Positions 17,559-25,407 are shown, counted from the first letter of the stretch. The stretch: 31,618 nt of DNA from Candidatus Micrarchaeota archaeon (GCA_018304385.1 JAGVWJ010000023.1:1-31618), one strand, 5' to 3'. The notes: generated by a model not told the origin, from the sequence alone. Translations and numbers: made by a program.

Positions 17559-17972
17559 TTATATATTAAGGAACTTATTTATATTCTTTTTCCTTAATCT
17601 TGCCCTAATTTTATCATTTAAAATAGGAGCTAAGAATGTAGCTAAAAAACAAAATCCGATTATTATTGCCTTGATATCATAGAATTTATTCAGATATAAT
17701 GCCGGGAGTACTGCAAACCAAATTAGATTAGTATTTACAAAAACTTGTATGTAAAGGTCTAGATACTTAATTCCAAAAATTTTATATAGCACCATTAACA
17801 ATAGAACAACAAAGGCGGGATTTACATAGACAAAAGAACCAATGATAAAGCCATAATATCCCCCAAAGAATGTTTGAACTAATGGATCAATTTCTGCTAT
17901 GTAATACGATAGAACAACCACTAGCAAGGAGGAAATCCAAAAAAACATATCGTCTAATCTCATGTTCTGCAT
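17559..17972 (-). CDS. Multi-pass membrane hypothetical protein
   Basis: About four hydrophobic segments and a basic C-terminus. Confidence 0.65.
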   Translation of the reverse strand: MQNMRLDDMFFWISSLLVVVLSYYIAEIDPLVQTFFGGYYGFIIGSFVYVNPAFVVLLLMVLYKIFGIKYLDLYIQVFVNTNLIWFAVLPALYLNKFYDIKAIIIGFCFLATFLAPILNDKIRARLRKKNINKFLNI

Positions 17973-17977
17973 CCAAC

Positions 17978-18166
17978 TTATTTCTTCTTATTTAATTTCA
18001 AGAAATCTTCTTTGCTAACTGAAATTGGCAATCCCTTATAACCGCATGGGTGCTCTATCCAGATGGGCACAGACTCTAAAAAACCAACATAACCAGGATT
18101 AAGATGGTGTTTAGCCTCTACTATTTTTTTACATTTGGGGCATATTTTTATTCTGGCATTAGGCAT
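17978..18166 (-). CDS. Small Zn-ribbon-like protein
   Basis: CPKC ... HPCGY.G motif. Confidence 0.6.
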   Translation of the reverse strand: MPNARIKICPKCKKIVEAKHHLNPGYVGFLESVPIWIEHPCGYKGLPISVSKEDFLKLNKKK

Positions 18167-18175
18167 CAGAATCAA

Positions 18176-18451
18176 TTACTCTTTCTTCTCTTCTTTCCAA
18201 GTCTTACTTCCATAAGTAAGGGCTGCACCAGCGCAAACACTAGCAGCTACATATATCGCTTCTTTCATTTCATCTGGAGTTGCGCCAGCTACACGCGATT
18301 TTTGTGAATGTGAATCAATGCATTTTTCACATCTTAAGGCTGCTGCAACTGCCAATGCAATAAGTTCTTTTGTTTTCTTATCTAACAAACCTGGTTCGTA
18401 CGCAGCTCGATGAAATGCAAAATAACCATCTGCTAATTTGTCTTCTCCCAT
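18176..18451 (-). CDS. Carboxymuconolactone decarboxylase / AhpD-like protein
   Basis: LDKKTKELIALAVAAALRCEKCIDSH (CxxC) and GATPDEMKEA; AAGGTG SD before ATG 18451. Confidence 0.9.
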   Translation of the reverse strand: MGEDKLADGYFAFHRAAYEPGLLDKKTKELIALAVAAALRCEKCIDSHSQKSRVAGATPDEMKEAIYVAASVCAGAALTYGSKTWKEEKKE

Positions 18452-18514
18452 TAGAATCACCTTGTAGACATTTCGTAAAAAAGGTTTAAAAGGATAAGCC
18501 AATAGAATAACTAT

Positions 18515-18580
18515 GCGCAGTGAGCCTTGAGCAATGAGCAAACGTGGCTCATGGCACATGGCCCAAGGCTGAAGGCCGAG
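18515..18580 (+). promoter_or_regulatory. GC-rich structured 5' leader (or small RNA) upstream of the SelB-like gene
   Basis: About 61% GC; helices AGCCUUG/CAAGGCU (18523-29/18564-70) and AUGAGC/GCUCAU (18534-39/18547-52); TATA TTTAAAAG at 18485. Confidence 0.55.
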
Positions 18581-18584
18581 TAAT

Positions 18585-19457
18585 ATGTTTGTTTCTGTCT
18601 TATCTGATAAACCTGAAGTGCGTACGCAGTTCTGCAGCTTATTTGGCAGCGCAACTGCTAGCGATGGTATTTCTTTTTATAATGCAAATGGACGCGTTGT
18701 CGTAGAACCAACACTATTTCCAGATAAAATTCAATCATTATTGCATTCTCTCGCAATAGCGGATTTTGTAGTGCTTATTGTTGATCAGCTTACACCTCAT
18801 GTTGGTGAGCTAATCGTTGCATTAGATCTATTACGAAAAGATAAGGGAGTATTAGTGACATCGCTTAATCTGCCAATAGGTGGGACTGCACTAGAAAAAT
18901 ACGAAAAAACAAACGATATAAATGTTGCAAAAGCGAAAGTTCTGGAATTAAATGCAACGCAGAACGAGGAAGAATTGCTCGCGTTAATAGATAACTCTCA
19001 AAGTGTACCTGAGGTTGGGCATGTTGCGCACGGGATAGTTAAATCAGGAAAATTAAAAAAAGAAGAATCGTTTTTCATATTGCCAGATAAAAAAGAAGTA
19101 ACCGTAAGAAGTGTTAAATTAAATGATAAAGACAGCGACTTTGCAGGTGTGGGTGACAGATTTAATATCGTATATAAAGGCGATTTAATAGAGCGCGGTA
19201 TATTAGTGCCTCTCAGGAATACATTTGATGTTACGACTATGGTCAGAGGAAAGTTCATACAGAGTCCTTTTTTTAAAGATGATCTGGGGCACAAAATATA
19301 TGTCTACCATAACTATCAATTCGTGGAAGGAAAGGTTTCTGATAATGAATTAGTATTAGATACCCCAATTGCGTATCAAAAAGGAGATAGGTTACTGGTT
19401 GTTGATCAGAGTAATCAAAAGCTAAGAATTGCGGGCGTATTTACTAGCGCTTGGTAA
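18585..19457 (+). CDS. SelB/EF-Tu-like protein with degenerate G domain and beta-barrel domain II
   Basis: IDNSQSVPEVGHVAHGIVKSG and VTVRSVKL...GDRF match EF-Tu/SelB domain II; no GxxxxGK(S/T) P-loop. Confidence 0.7.
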   Translation: MFVSVLSDKPEVRTQFCSLFGSATASDGISFYNANGRVVVEPTLFPDKIQSLLHSLAIADFVVLIVDQLTPHVGELIVALDLLRKDKGVLVTSLNLPIGGTALEKYEKTNDINVAKAKVLELNATQNEEELLALIDNSQSVPEVGHVAHGIVKSGKLKKEESFFILPDKKEVTVRSVKLNDKDSDFAGVGDRFNIVYKGDLIERGILVPLRNTFDVTTMVRGKFIQSPFFKDDLGHKIYVYHNYQFVEGKVSDNELVLDTPIAYQKGDRLLVVDQSNQKLRIAGVFTSAW

Positions 19458-19604
19458 CACAGTTTGCCTAGCAAATTAAAACATTTTTTATTATTCTAGA
19501 CAGACCGTGTTAGGTAGTCGAGCCCTTTTAGCGCAACTTTTCGGAAAAACATAGTTGTAAAGCATCATCTCTAAAATTGAAATACCAATTGGGTTTATTT
19601 TTTG

Positions 19605-19724
19605 TCAGCCATAAGATCTCCTAAGCCATTTTGTAGAACGTTTAATTGATCTCTCAGATGGAACTTTGTTCTTTGTCGCTCTATTAGTTTTTCTTGACCC
19701 TCTAGTAGATCGTCTTCTTAGCAT
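19605..19724 (-). CDS. Possible 39-aa Arg/Lys-rich micropeptide
   Basis: MLRRRSTRGSRKTNRATKNKVPSERSIKRSTKWLRRSYG*; TATA-like TTTTATAAG on the minus strand near 19822-19830. Confidence 0.35.
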   Translation of the reverse strand: MLRRRSTRGSRKTNRATKNKVPSERSIKRSTKWLRRSYG

Positions 19725-19838
19725 AGGTTTATCTTTTTCTTCAACCTTTTTATCCTTATCGTTAAAAGAATGTTTTTTAGCTGCTCCTAAAGTTGCATTT
19801 TCAGTGATTTTAGATGCAAAACTTATAAAAAGCAAAGG

Positions 19839-19904
19839 TTTGTCACGAGGGCAGAAAAATCGTGACAAATTTTGCCTAAATGCGTTTAGGCAAAGGTTTA
19901 AATA
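19839..19904 (+). promoter_or_regulatory. Promoter with two perfect 10-bp inverted repeats and TATA box
   Basis: TTTGTCACGA-n11-TCGTGACAAA (19839-19869); TTTGCCTAAA-n4-TTTAGGCAAA (19871-19894); GGTTTAAATA TATA. Confidence 0.7.
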
Positions 19905-20036
19905 CCCCTTTTGTAGTAATATAAATTACTTTTATGTAGGTACATGAAAGCGTAATATTCTAATTCTGAATAAGAAGTAGGAAATTCGTTTGATTTCTAT
20001 ATAGAAGAATAAATATAAAAAGTAGGTGTAAAGTAA

Positions 20037-20198
20037 ATGGGATATGAAGGTAGAGGCGGTGGCGGCTTTGGTGGCGATCGTCAAATGCACGACGCAACAT
20101 GCAGCGACTGCGGTCAAGCCTGTCAGGTACCGTTCCAACCAAAAGAAGGAAGACCGGTATACTGTAGGGAATGTTATAAAAAACATAAGAAGTTCTAA
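20037..20198 (+). CDS. CxxC-x17-CxxC domain microprotein, copy 2 (53 aa; not in ORF track)
   Basis: TAGGTG SD; MGYEGRGGGGFGGDRQMHDATCSDCGQACQVPFQPKEGRPVYCRECYKKHKKF*. Confidence 0.9.
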   Translation: MGYEGRGGGGFGGDRQMHDATCSDCGQACQVPFQPKEGRPVYCRECYKKHKKF

Positions 20199-20304
20199 TG
20201 CTCCTAGATCATAGCTATTAATTAGTTATAGATAGGTAGATAGGAATTTTGTAAATTCTTTCTTTTATTTTTTTATTATTTTAGTATTCAAAGCAAACGA
20301 TAGG

Positions 20305-20397
20305 TTTGTCAAAATGTGTTTAAGCAAAGGTTTAAATATAACCTTTGACACAATATTATTGTGTCAAATTTTGTCAACATGTTTTAATGTTGACAAA
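20305..20397 (+). promoter_or_regulatory. DEAD-helicase promoter with TTTGAC/TTTGTC inverted repeats
   Basis: TATA TTTAAATA at 20331; IRs TTTGACACAATA-n1-TATTGTGTCAAA (20344-20368) and TTTGTCAACAT-n6-ATGTTGACAAA (20370-20397). Confidence 0.7.
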
Positions 20398-20431
20398 CCT
20401 TGTTTATAAGTAAATTACAACAAAAAGAAGT

Positions 20432-20534
20432 ATCTGATTTTTTTGTATTTAGATTTAGTGTTTTCCTCCCGGAAATAACGATTGTAGAAAACACTCTCAG
20501 TTAGTTACAGAAAAATCGGATTAAAACGAGAGTG
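20432..20534 (+). promoter_or_regulatory. Structured 5' leader with alternative RBS-sequestering helix
   Basis: Helices 20432-42/20511-21 and 20457-65/20487-95, versus 20492-98/20528-34, which covers the GAGAGTG RBS. Confidence 0.5.
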
Positions 20535-20540
20535 AATAAT

Positions 20541-21710
20541 ATGAAATTTAGTGAAATGAAGATTAGTAGTAGGACTGTTGATGCTTTAACAGGAATGAAT
20601 TATATAGAAGCAACAGAAGTGCAAGAAAAGACAATCCCCTTGATTTTGCAGGGAAAAGAAGTAATAGTAAGAAGCCAAACCGGTACTGGAAAAACAGCTG
20701 CCTTTGGGGTAGGGTTAATAGAAAAAATACTTAATGACCGCAATAAAAAGGCGCTAGTTCTTGCACCTACACGCGAGCTCGCAATACAGTTAACCAAAGA
20801 GCTACGCGCATTAGCCAGCAACCATAGGATAAGAATATTTGTTCTATATGGAGGCGAGGATATTGAAAGACAGTTGCAAGTAATATCCAGAGGATATGAA
20901 ATTATTGTTGCAACACCCGGACGTTTATTAGATCATTTCAGAAGAAAAACAGTTGATCTGTCCTTATTTAATCTGATTGTACTTGATGAAGCAGACAGAA
21001 TGCTGGATATGGGATTCCAGGAAGATATTACAACCGTTCTTGATAATATTAATTTGGAAAGGCAGATCATGCTTTTCTCAGCTACAATAGATCAAAGTAT
21101 AAAGAACATAGCAAATAACTTTATGCGTGAACCAATCGTGTTAGAAGTAGGTCCTGCAGAAAAGGTACAAACAATAGATGAGCAATTTATAAAACTAGAT
21201 CGCAGCGAAAAGTTCTCAAAACTTAGAGAAATATTACATCAAGAAGCAGTATCCAGAGTGATTGTTTTTGTAGCTACTAAAAGAGCAGCAGAATATGTAG
21301 GTAGAAAGTTATATGAATACAGAATGAGCGCCAATTATCTACATGGTGATATGCGACAGCAAAAGCGCGAACGCATAATGCGAGACTTCCGAGAAGGAAG
21401 ATTTCGTGTTCTTGTAGCAACAGATGTTGCAGCAAGAGGATTGCATATAGAAGAGGTTTCTCATATAATTAATTATGATCAAGCCAATGATAAAGATACA
21501 CATACGCACAGAATCGGAAGAACTGGTAGAATGGGAAAAGCAGGTAAGGCTATAACCTTCATAGATTCTGAGCCATTTGTTAGGAGAACAAGTGGAAGAG
21601 GAAGAACTAATTCCACAAGAGATAATACTAAAGATTACAGAAAAACAAACGATTATCATAAAACTTATACTAGTAGCAAATATCAGAGAAGCAGTCATAG
21701 GAGATATTAA
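20541..21710 (+). CDS. DEAD-box ATP-dependent RNA helicase
   Basis: Q motif, SQTGTGKT, PTRELA, TPGRLL, DEAD, SAT, TDVAARGL and HRIGRTGR; basic Arg-rich tail. Confidence 0.95.
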   Translation: MKFSEMKISSRTVDALTGMNYIEATEVQEKTIPLILQGKEVIVRSQTGTGKTAAFGVGLIEKILNDRNKKALVLAPTRELAIQLTKELRALASNHRIRIFVLYGGEDIERQLQVISRGYEIIVATPGRLLDHFRRKTVDLSLFNLIVLDEADRMLDMGFQEDITTVLDNINLERQIMLFSATIDQSIKNIANNFMREPIVLEVGPAEKVQTIDEQFIKLDRSEKFSKLREILHQEAVSRVIVFVATKRAAEYVGRKLYEYRMSANYLHGDMRQQKRERIMRDFREGRFRVLVATDVAARGLHIEEVSHIINYDQANDKDTHTHRIGRTGRMGKAGKAITFIDSEPFVRRTSGRGRTNSTRDNTKDYRKTNDYHKTYTSSKYQRSSHRRY

Positions 21711-21722
21711 TTAAATCGAACG

Positions 21723-21791
21723 GTTGGCGTGTGCTCTAGGACGGCCGACGTGGCCTGAGGAAAACATTAGACCACGTCCATATAGAGAACA
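21723..21791. other. GC-rich structured element between convergent genes (K-turn-like on +, HDV-like on -)
   Basis: GACGTGG/CCACGTC (21747-53/21772-78), GTGCTCTA/TAGAGAAC (21731-38/21783-90, 7 of 8 paired), GTTGGCGT/ACGGCCGAC. Confidence 0.45.
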
Positions 21792-21819
21792 GAAGAATGA
21801 CAACGATGGCATTCAGTCA

Positions 21820-22767
21820 TCACAGCAGTGGGTTATCGAATCGGTAGCCAGCATTACCCCCCAATTGGTAGATGAGAGTACCATCAACTTTAAATAAGGC
21901 GCCTTCAGCATTAATTACTAGCCATCTCCATACGAAACCAAGAGATGGTTGAAGATAGCCTCCATGTTTATCCCACTCGAATTTTCCTTGTCTTAATTGC
22001 TCATCCGTAATATTAAAATCATTCATCAGGTCCTCCCCTCTTTTATTATATTTTAATTTTAGATCAACGTGGAAAAAGGTATACGCCAACCTTAAGCGTG
22101 CTCTGAACCAATCTGATTTGAATCTTAGAGATAGACCTGTATCTGCGCGATAGTCAAAATATTTTGCGCTTCTAATGCCCGTATTTGCAAGATTAGTAAC
22201 ATCTAATGAACTATTAGAACTGTCTAGGGTTATAGATTCTGCGCTTATAGCCCCTGGCCTAATTATCTCGAAACGACCAAAATATTCTAAAGAGAACCGA
22301 GAAGATTTACGTGAGATAATAAACGATATATCTTCTGAAACAAATGCAGTAAGGTCAGATTCTAGTTCTAAATTAAGTTCAATGCCAGTTTGCAGTTTGG
22401 GATCATTATAACGCAAATGTCCATCTTGCAAACCTGCCTGCGTAACTGTTTCTAACCATTCAAATAATGGCAGACGCAACCTCAATGCATATTGCTCAAA
22501 ACCAACATTTATTGTTTCCCCATCACCATTATTATCATAGCCACGAATACCAGAAAAACCAAAACCAAGATCAACGCCATCAGCATCTGTTTTTTCTTCT
22601 ATTTGCTTAGGTTTTACATCTGTCGCTCCATTGGATGGATAAGAATAAAGCAAGGCTAAGGATGATAATGCAGCAGTCATAAATCGCTTAAAAGGAGATA
22701 GAAGATTAACTCGACCAACATCGCAGGGCTTTTGTTTTTTATGTAAGTTCGCGTAATTTAATCGCAC
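21820..22767 (-). CDS. Secreted beta-barrel-like hypothetical protein
   Basis: KRF + hydrophobic signal; many amphipathic strands with aromatic ends; near-terminal GYRF. Confidence 0.6.
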   Translation of the reverse strand: MRLNYANLHKKQKPCDVGRVNLLSPFKRFMTAALSSLALLYSYPSNGATDVKPKQIEEKTDADGVDLGFGFSGIRGYDNNGDGETINVGFEQYALRLRLPLFEWLETVTQAGLQDGHLRYNDPKLQTGIELNLELESDLTAFVSEDISFIISRKSSRFSLEYFGRFEIIRPGAISAESITLDSSNSSLDVTNLANTGIRSAKYFDYRADTGLSLRFKSDWFRARLRLAYTFFHVDLKLKYNKRGEDLMNDFNITDEQLRQGKFEWDKHGGYLQPSLGFVWRWLVINAEGALFKVDGTLIYQLGGNAGYRFDNPLL

Positions 22768-22883
22768 GAATAGAGATGTTGCCTAAGATTTATAAGGAAG
22801 CGTCACAGAAAAGAAACATTTATTTATAAAACCTTTTATCGTTTTTATATTAAATTCATTAACGGTCAGTTAGAGAGATAGAA

Positions 22884-24446
22884 ATGGGAGATGCTATTGC
22901 AACTACTAGACCAGATACCACACGAACAGCTAGTCCTAGAAATGCAAGGGAATTTGCTATTGCTAAAGATAGAATAGAAAGGTCATTAGCTAGCGGATCA
23001 ATATCTTTTTCTTCACGCGCCCAACAATCTGCAGAGCAATCGCTTCGTGCATCACTTGCAGGATTTTTTGTCAGAGAGCTGTGTACAGATAAAAAAACAC
23101 CTGATGGAATAACTGTTTTAGATTTTAGTGCTGGTGATCTAACTAATTATTTTCCAGGCCGCAGGTTGGATGCATTGATTGGTGCGGTGCATGGAACTAT
23201 TGATCGTGAGAACTCATATCTAAATCCAACACTATATACTGCTGCGCGCGAGGCTGGAGGGCAGTTTTTTGGCGTTCCGCCTACTGCGGTTTTTCCAACA
23301 AACGGAATTAGCGGTGCAATGCCCTGGCTGCTTAATGCAATGTTTAGCGGAAGGCGCACTGGTGAAAAAATTGTTGTTATATCCCCTGGATATCCAACAT
23401 GGCGTGCAGAGGGCATAAACAGAAAAGGATTGGATTCAATAGTAGAAATACCAAGAACTGCAGATGGACAACCAGATTTAAGACGCGCATCAGAACTAAT
23501 AAATCAAAAGACTGCGCTTGTTGTATTGGTTACACATGATAATCCAGTTGGAATTTGCATTAGAGAGGATATACTCAGGAATAAACAAGGAACTGGTATA
23601 TTGGATCTTGTTGATAAAGTATTAGTAAACACTGGAAAAATAATACTAGTTGCATTTGATATAATCTATATGCCTTTATCATGGTCAAGCAGTTCATTAT
23701 CACTAGAAGCACTTAAAGAACTGACAACTGGAAGAAATGCTGTTGCTTATTTGCATAGCCTTTCTAAAGCGCATTTATTGCCAGGTGTGCGTGCTGGAAT
23801 GCTTGCAATTGATGCGCCATCCAGTGCTATTGCGAGTGTATCAAATCTAATAAGGGCAGTTCGCGTTCAAGAGTTAAATGCGCTTGGGATAAATAATGGA
23901 TCACTTGGCGCATTAATTAAGGCCTTTGGAAATAGCCCGGATTTAGAGGCAGAACTTAGTGAGGTAAAAGAAGATGTTCACCAAAGAGTAGCATCTAATT
24001 CTTCAACCATAAGTGAAATAGAAGGGGTTAATCTTACTTTTCCAGGTATTACAGAGGTAGAATGCGCATTCTACTCACTATTTTCACTTAAAGAAGGCGG
24101 AGAAAAATGGAGGACACCCGCATATAAGAGAGCAGTATGGAAAAAATTATTAGGATATGTAGAAAGAATGACTAATGCGGAAAAAAGAGAACAGTTACTT
24201 GCACAACTTGAGAATATAGAAAAAAGAAAACCGCCAGAAGAAATGCACCCTGCAGAGATATTTACATTAGATCTGGTTATGACGACTGGTGTTTACGTAA
24301 TTCCTGGTCATAGATTTAAGCTAATGAAAAGAAATGGCAATGGTGCTCTTGCAGATGAGGTATTTTTCAGGGCTGTATTAGCAGAAAGACCAGACATAAC
24401 AAGAGAAGCAGCTGATAGAATTAAAGGTTTTATAAGGCCAAATTAA
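22884..24446 (+). CDS. Fold-type I PLP-dependent aminotransferase (class I/II-like), divergent
   Basis: TNGISGA, PGYP, HDNPVG, FDIIY and HSLSK..LPGVRAG (PLP lysine) motifs. Confidence 0.85.
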   Translation: MGDAIATTRPDTTRTASPRNAREFAIAKDRIERSLASGSISFSSRAQQSAEQSLRASLAGFFVRELCTDKKTPDGITVLDFSAGDLTNYFPGRRLDALIGAVHGTIDRENSYLNPTLYTAAREAGGQFFGVPPTAVFPTNGISGAMPWLLNAMFSGRRTGEKIVVISPGYPTWRAEGINRKGLDSIVEIPRTADGQPDLRRASELINQKTALVVLVTHDNPVGICIREDILRNKQGTGILDLVDKVLVNTGKIILVAFDIIYMPLSWSSSSLSLEALKELTTGRNAVAYLHSLSKAHLLPGVRAGMLAIDAPSSAIASVSNLIRAVRVQELNALGINNGSLGALIKAFGNSPDLEAELSEVKEDVHQRVASNSSTISEIEGVNLTFPGITEVECAFYSLFSLKEGGEKWRTPAYKRAVWKKLLGYVERMTNAEKREQLLAQLENIEKRKPPEEMHPAEIFTLDLVMTTGVYVIPGHRFKLMKRNGNGALADEVFFRAVLAERPDITREAADRIKGFIRPN

Positions 24447-25402
24447 GTATAATACTTCTTATAAACATCAAAAAATGTTTTGAACAAAATAGAATTCTTA
24501 AATTTCGGATTTTTCATTGCCCTGCGAACGCTATACGCAAATGCATCTTTCCCATAAGGAATGTATTCGACTACATTTAGACCTTTTGCGCGAAGCGATT
24601 CTGCAAATTCTTGCATGACGCCTTTAAGAACTTGAATTTCAAAGAAATCTTTTGGATATTTTTTCTGCAGAGCCAGTGCCTCTTGTACTCGCTGCTCATG
24701 AAAGGATGCAACAGCAATGCCAACGTTCTTTGGGCTCTCTTTGAATGCGGTTTCAATTAGTTTTTTGAATGCTGCATGCTTTTCCTCTTCGGTCTGGCAC
24801 GCAATAGCAGGCGATTCTGGGTATGCTCCTTTAACTAATCTAAGCTTTGGAGAAATACCTTGCCCTGCTAATTTAATAAAATCTTTTAGGTCCCTTGCAG
24901 TTCTTTTCAGATTTGCTTGTATACATAAACCAAGATTATTATAATCAGGTAAAAGTTTTTTATAGGTGGCAATAGTGAAATCAGTTATTTGCGAGCTTTC
25001 CATGTCAATCCAAATAAAAATCCCTTTTGGCTTTGCATACTCTGCTAATTCTTTAATTTTCTTAAAGCAATACACCTCGGCACTTTTGCCACAATTTTTA
25101 CAATTACAACCAAATTGAGATGGCTTGATACTGACTGCAGCCTTTACCCTGCTTTTTGAGATTCCACTTATTAGACTTTTGTACTCTTCCACTGTTTTAT
25201 CAACAACTGCCTTTTCTACATAGTGCTCACCTAAATGATTAATTATTGAATCAGAATGTTTAGCTTTCTTAAATTTGTTGGCCAATACTATTGCATCTTC
25301 TGCATTAGCACCTGCAACCCATTGCTTCATTATATTAAGAAAGAAGAAATTCCCAAACTTTTTTATAGCATTTGCACTGAACGGTAGTTTTCCATCTGTC
25401 AT
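24443..25402 (-). CDS. Monofunctional proline dehydrogenase
   Basis: SIKPSQFG, IWIDME, IQANL, LRLVKGAY and YIPYG...YSVRR motifs. Confidence 0.9.
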   Translation of the reverse strand: MTDGKLPFSANAIKKFGNFFFLNIMKQWVAGANAEDAIVLANKFKKAKHSDSIINHLGEHYVEKAVVDKTVEEYKSLISGISKSRVKAAVSIKPSQFGCNCKNCGKSAEVYCFKKIKELAEYAKPKGIFIWIDMESSQITDFTIATYKKLLPDYNNLGLCIQANLKRTARDLKDFIKLAGQGISPKLRLVKGAYPESPAIACQTEEEKHAAFKKLIETAFKESPKNVGIAVASFHEQRVQEALALQKKYPKDFFEIQVLKGVMQEFAESLRAKGLNVVEYIPYGKDAFAYSVRRAMKNPKFKNSILFKTFFDVYKKYYT

Positions 25403-25407
25403 AGAGA

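Noticed and set aside
19458-19560. Moderately GC-rich stretch after the SelB-like gene as an ncRNA
   Set aside because: Only short helices (TTTGC/GCAAA, GCAACT/AGTTGT); most simply terminator-like DNA.
19605-20186. Track ORFs 19605-19868 (long form), 19666-19947, 19932-20186 and 19960-20142
   Set aside because: They run through promoter and inverted-repeat DNA, or are antisense to the real 20037-20198 gene; their composition is not protein-like.
21755-21761. CUGAGGA as a hammerhead ribozyme core
   Set aside because: No downstream stem II plus GAAA, and no stem III/NUH site in register.
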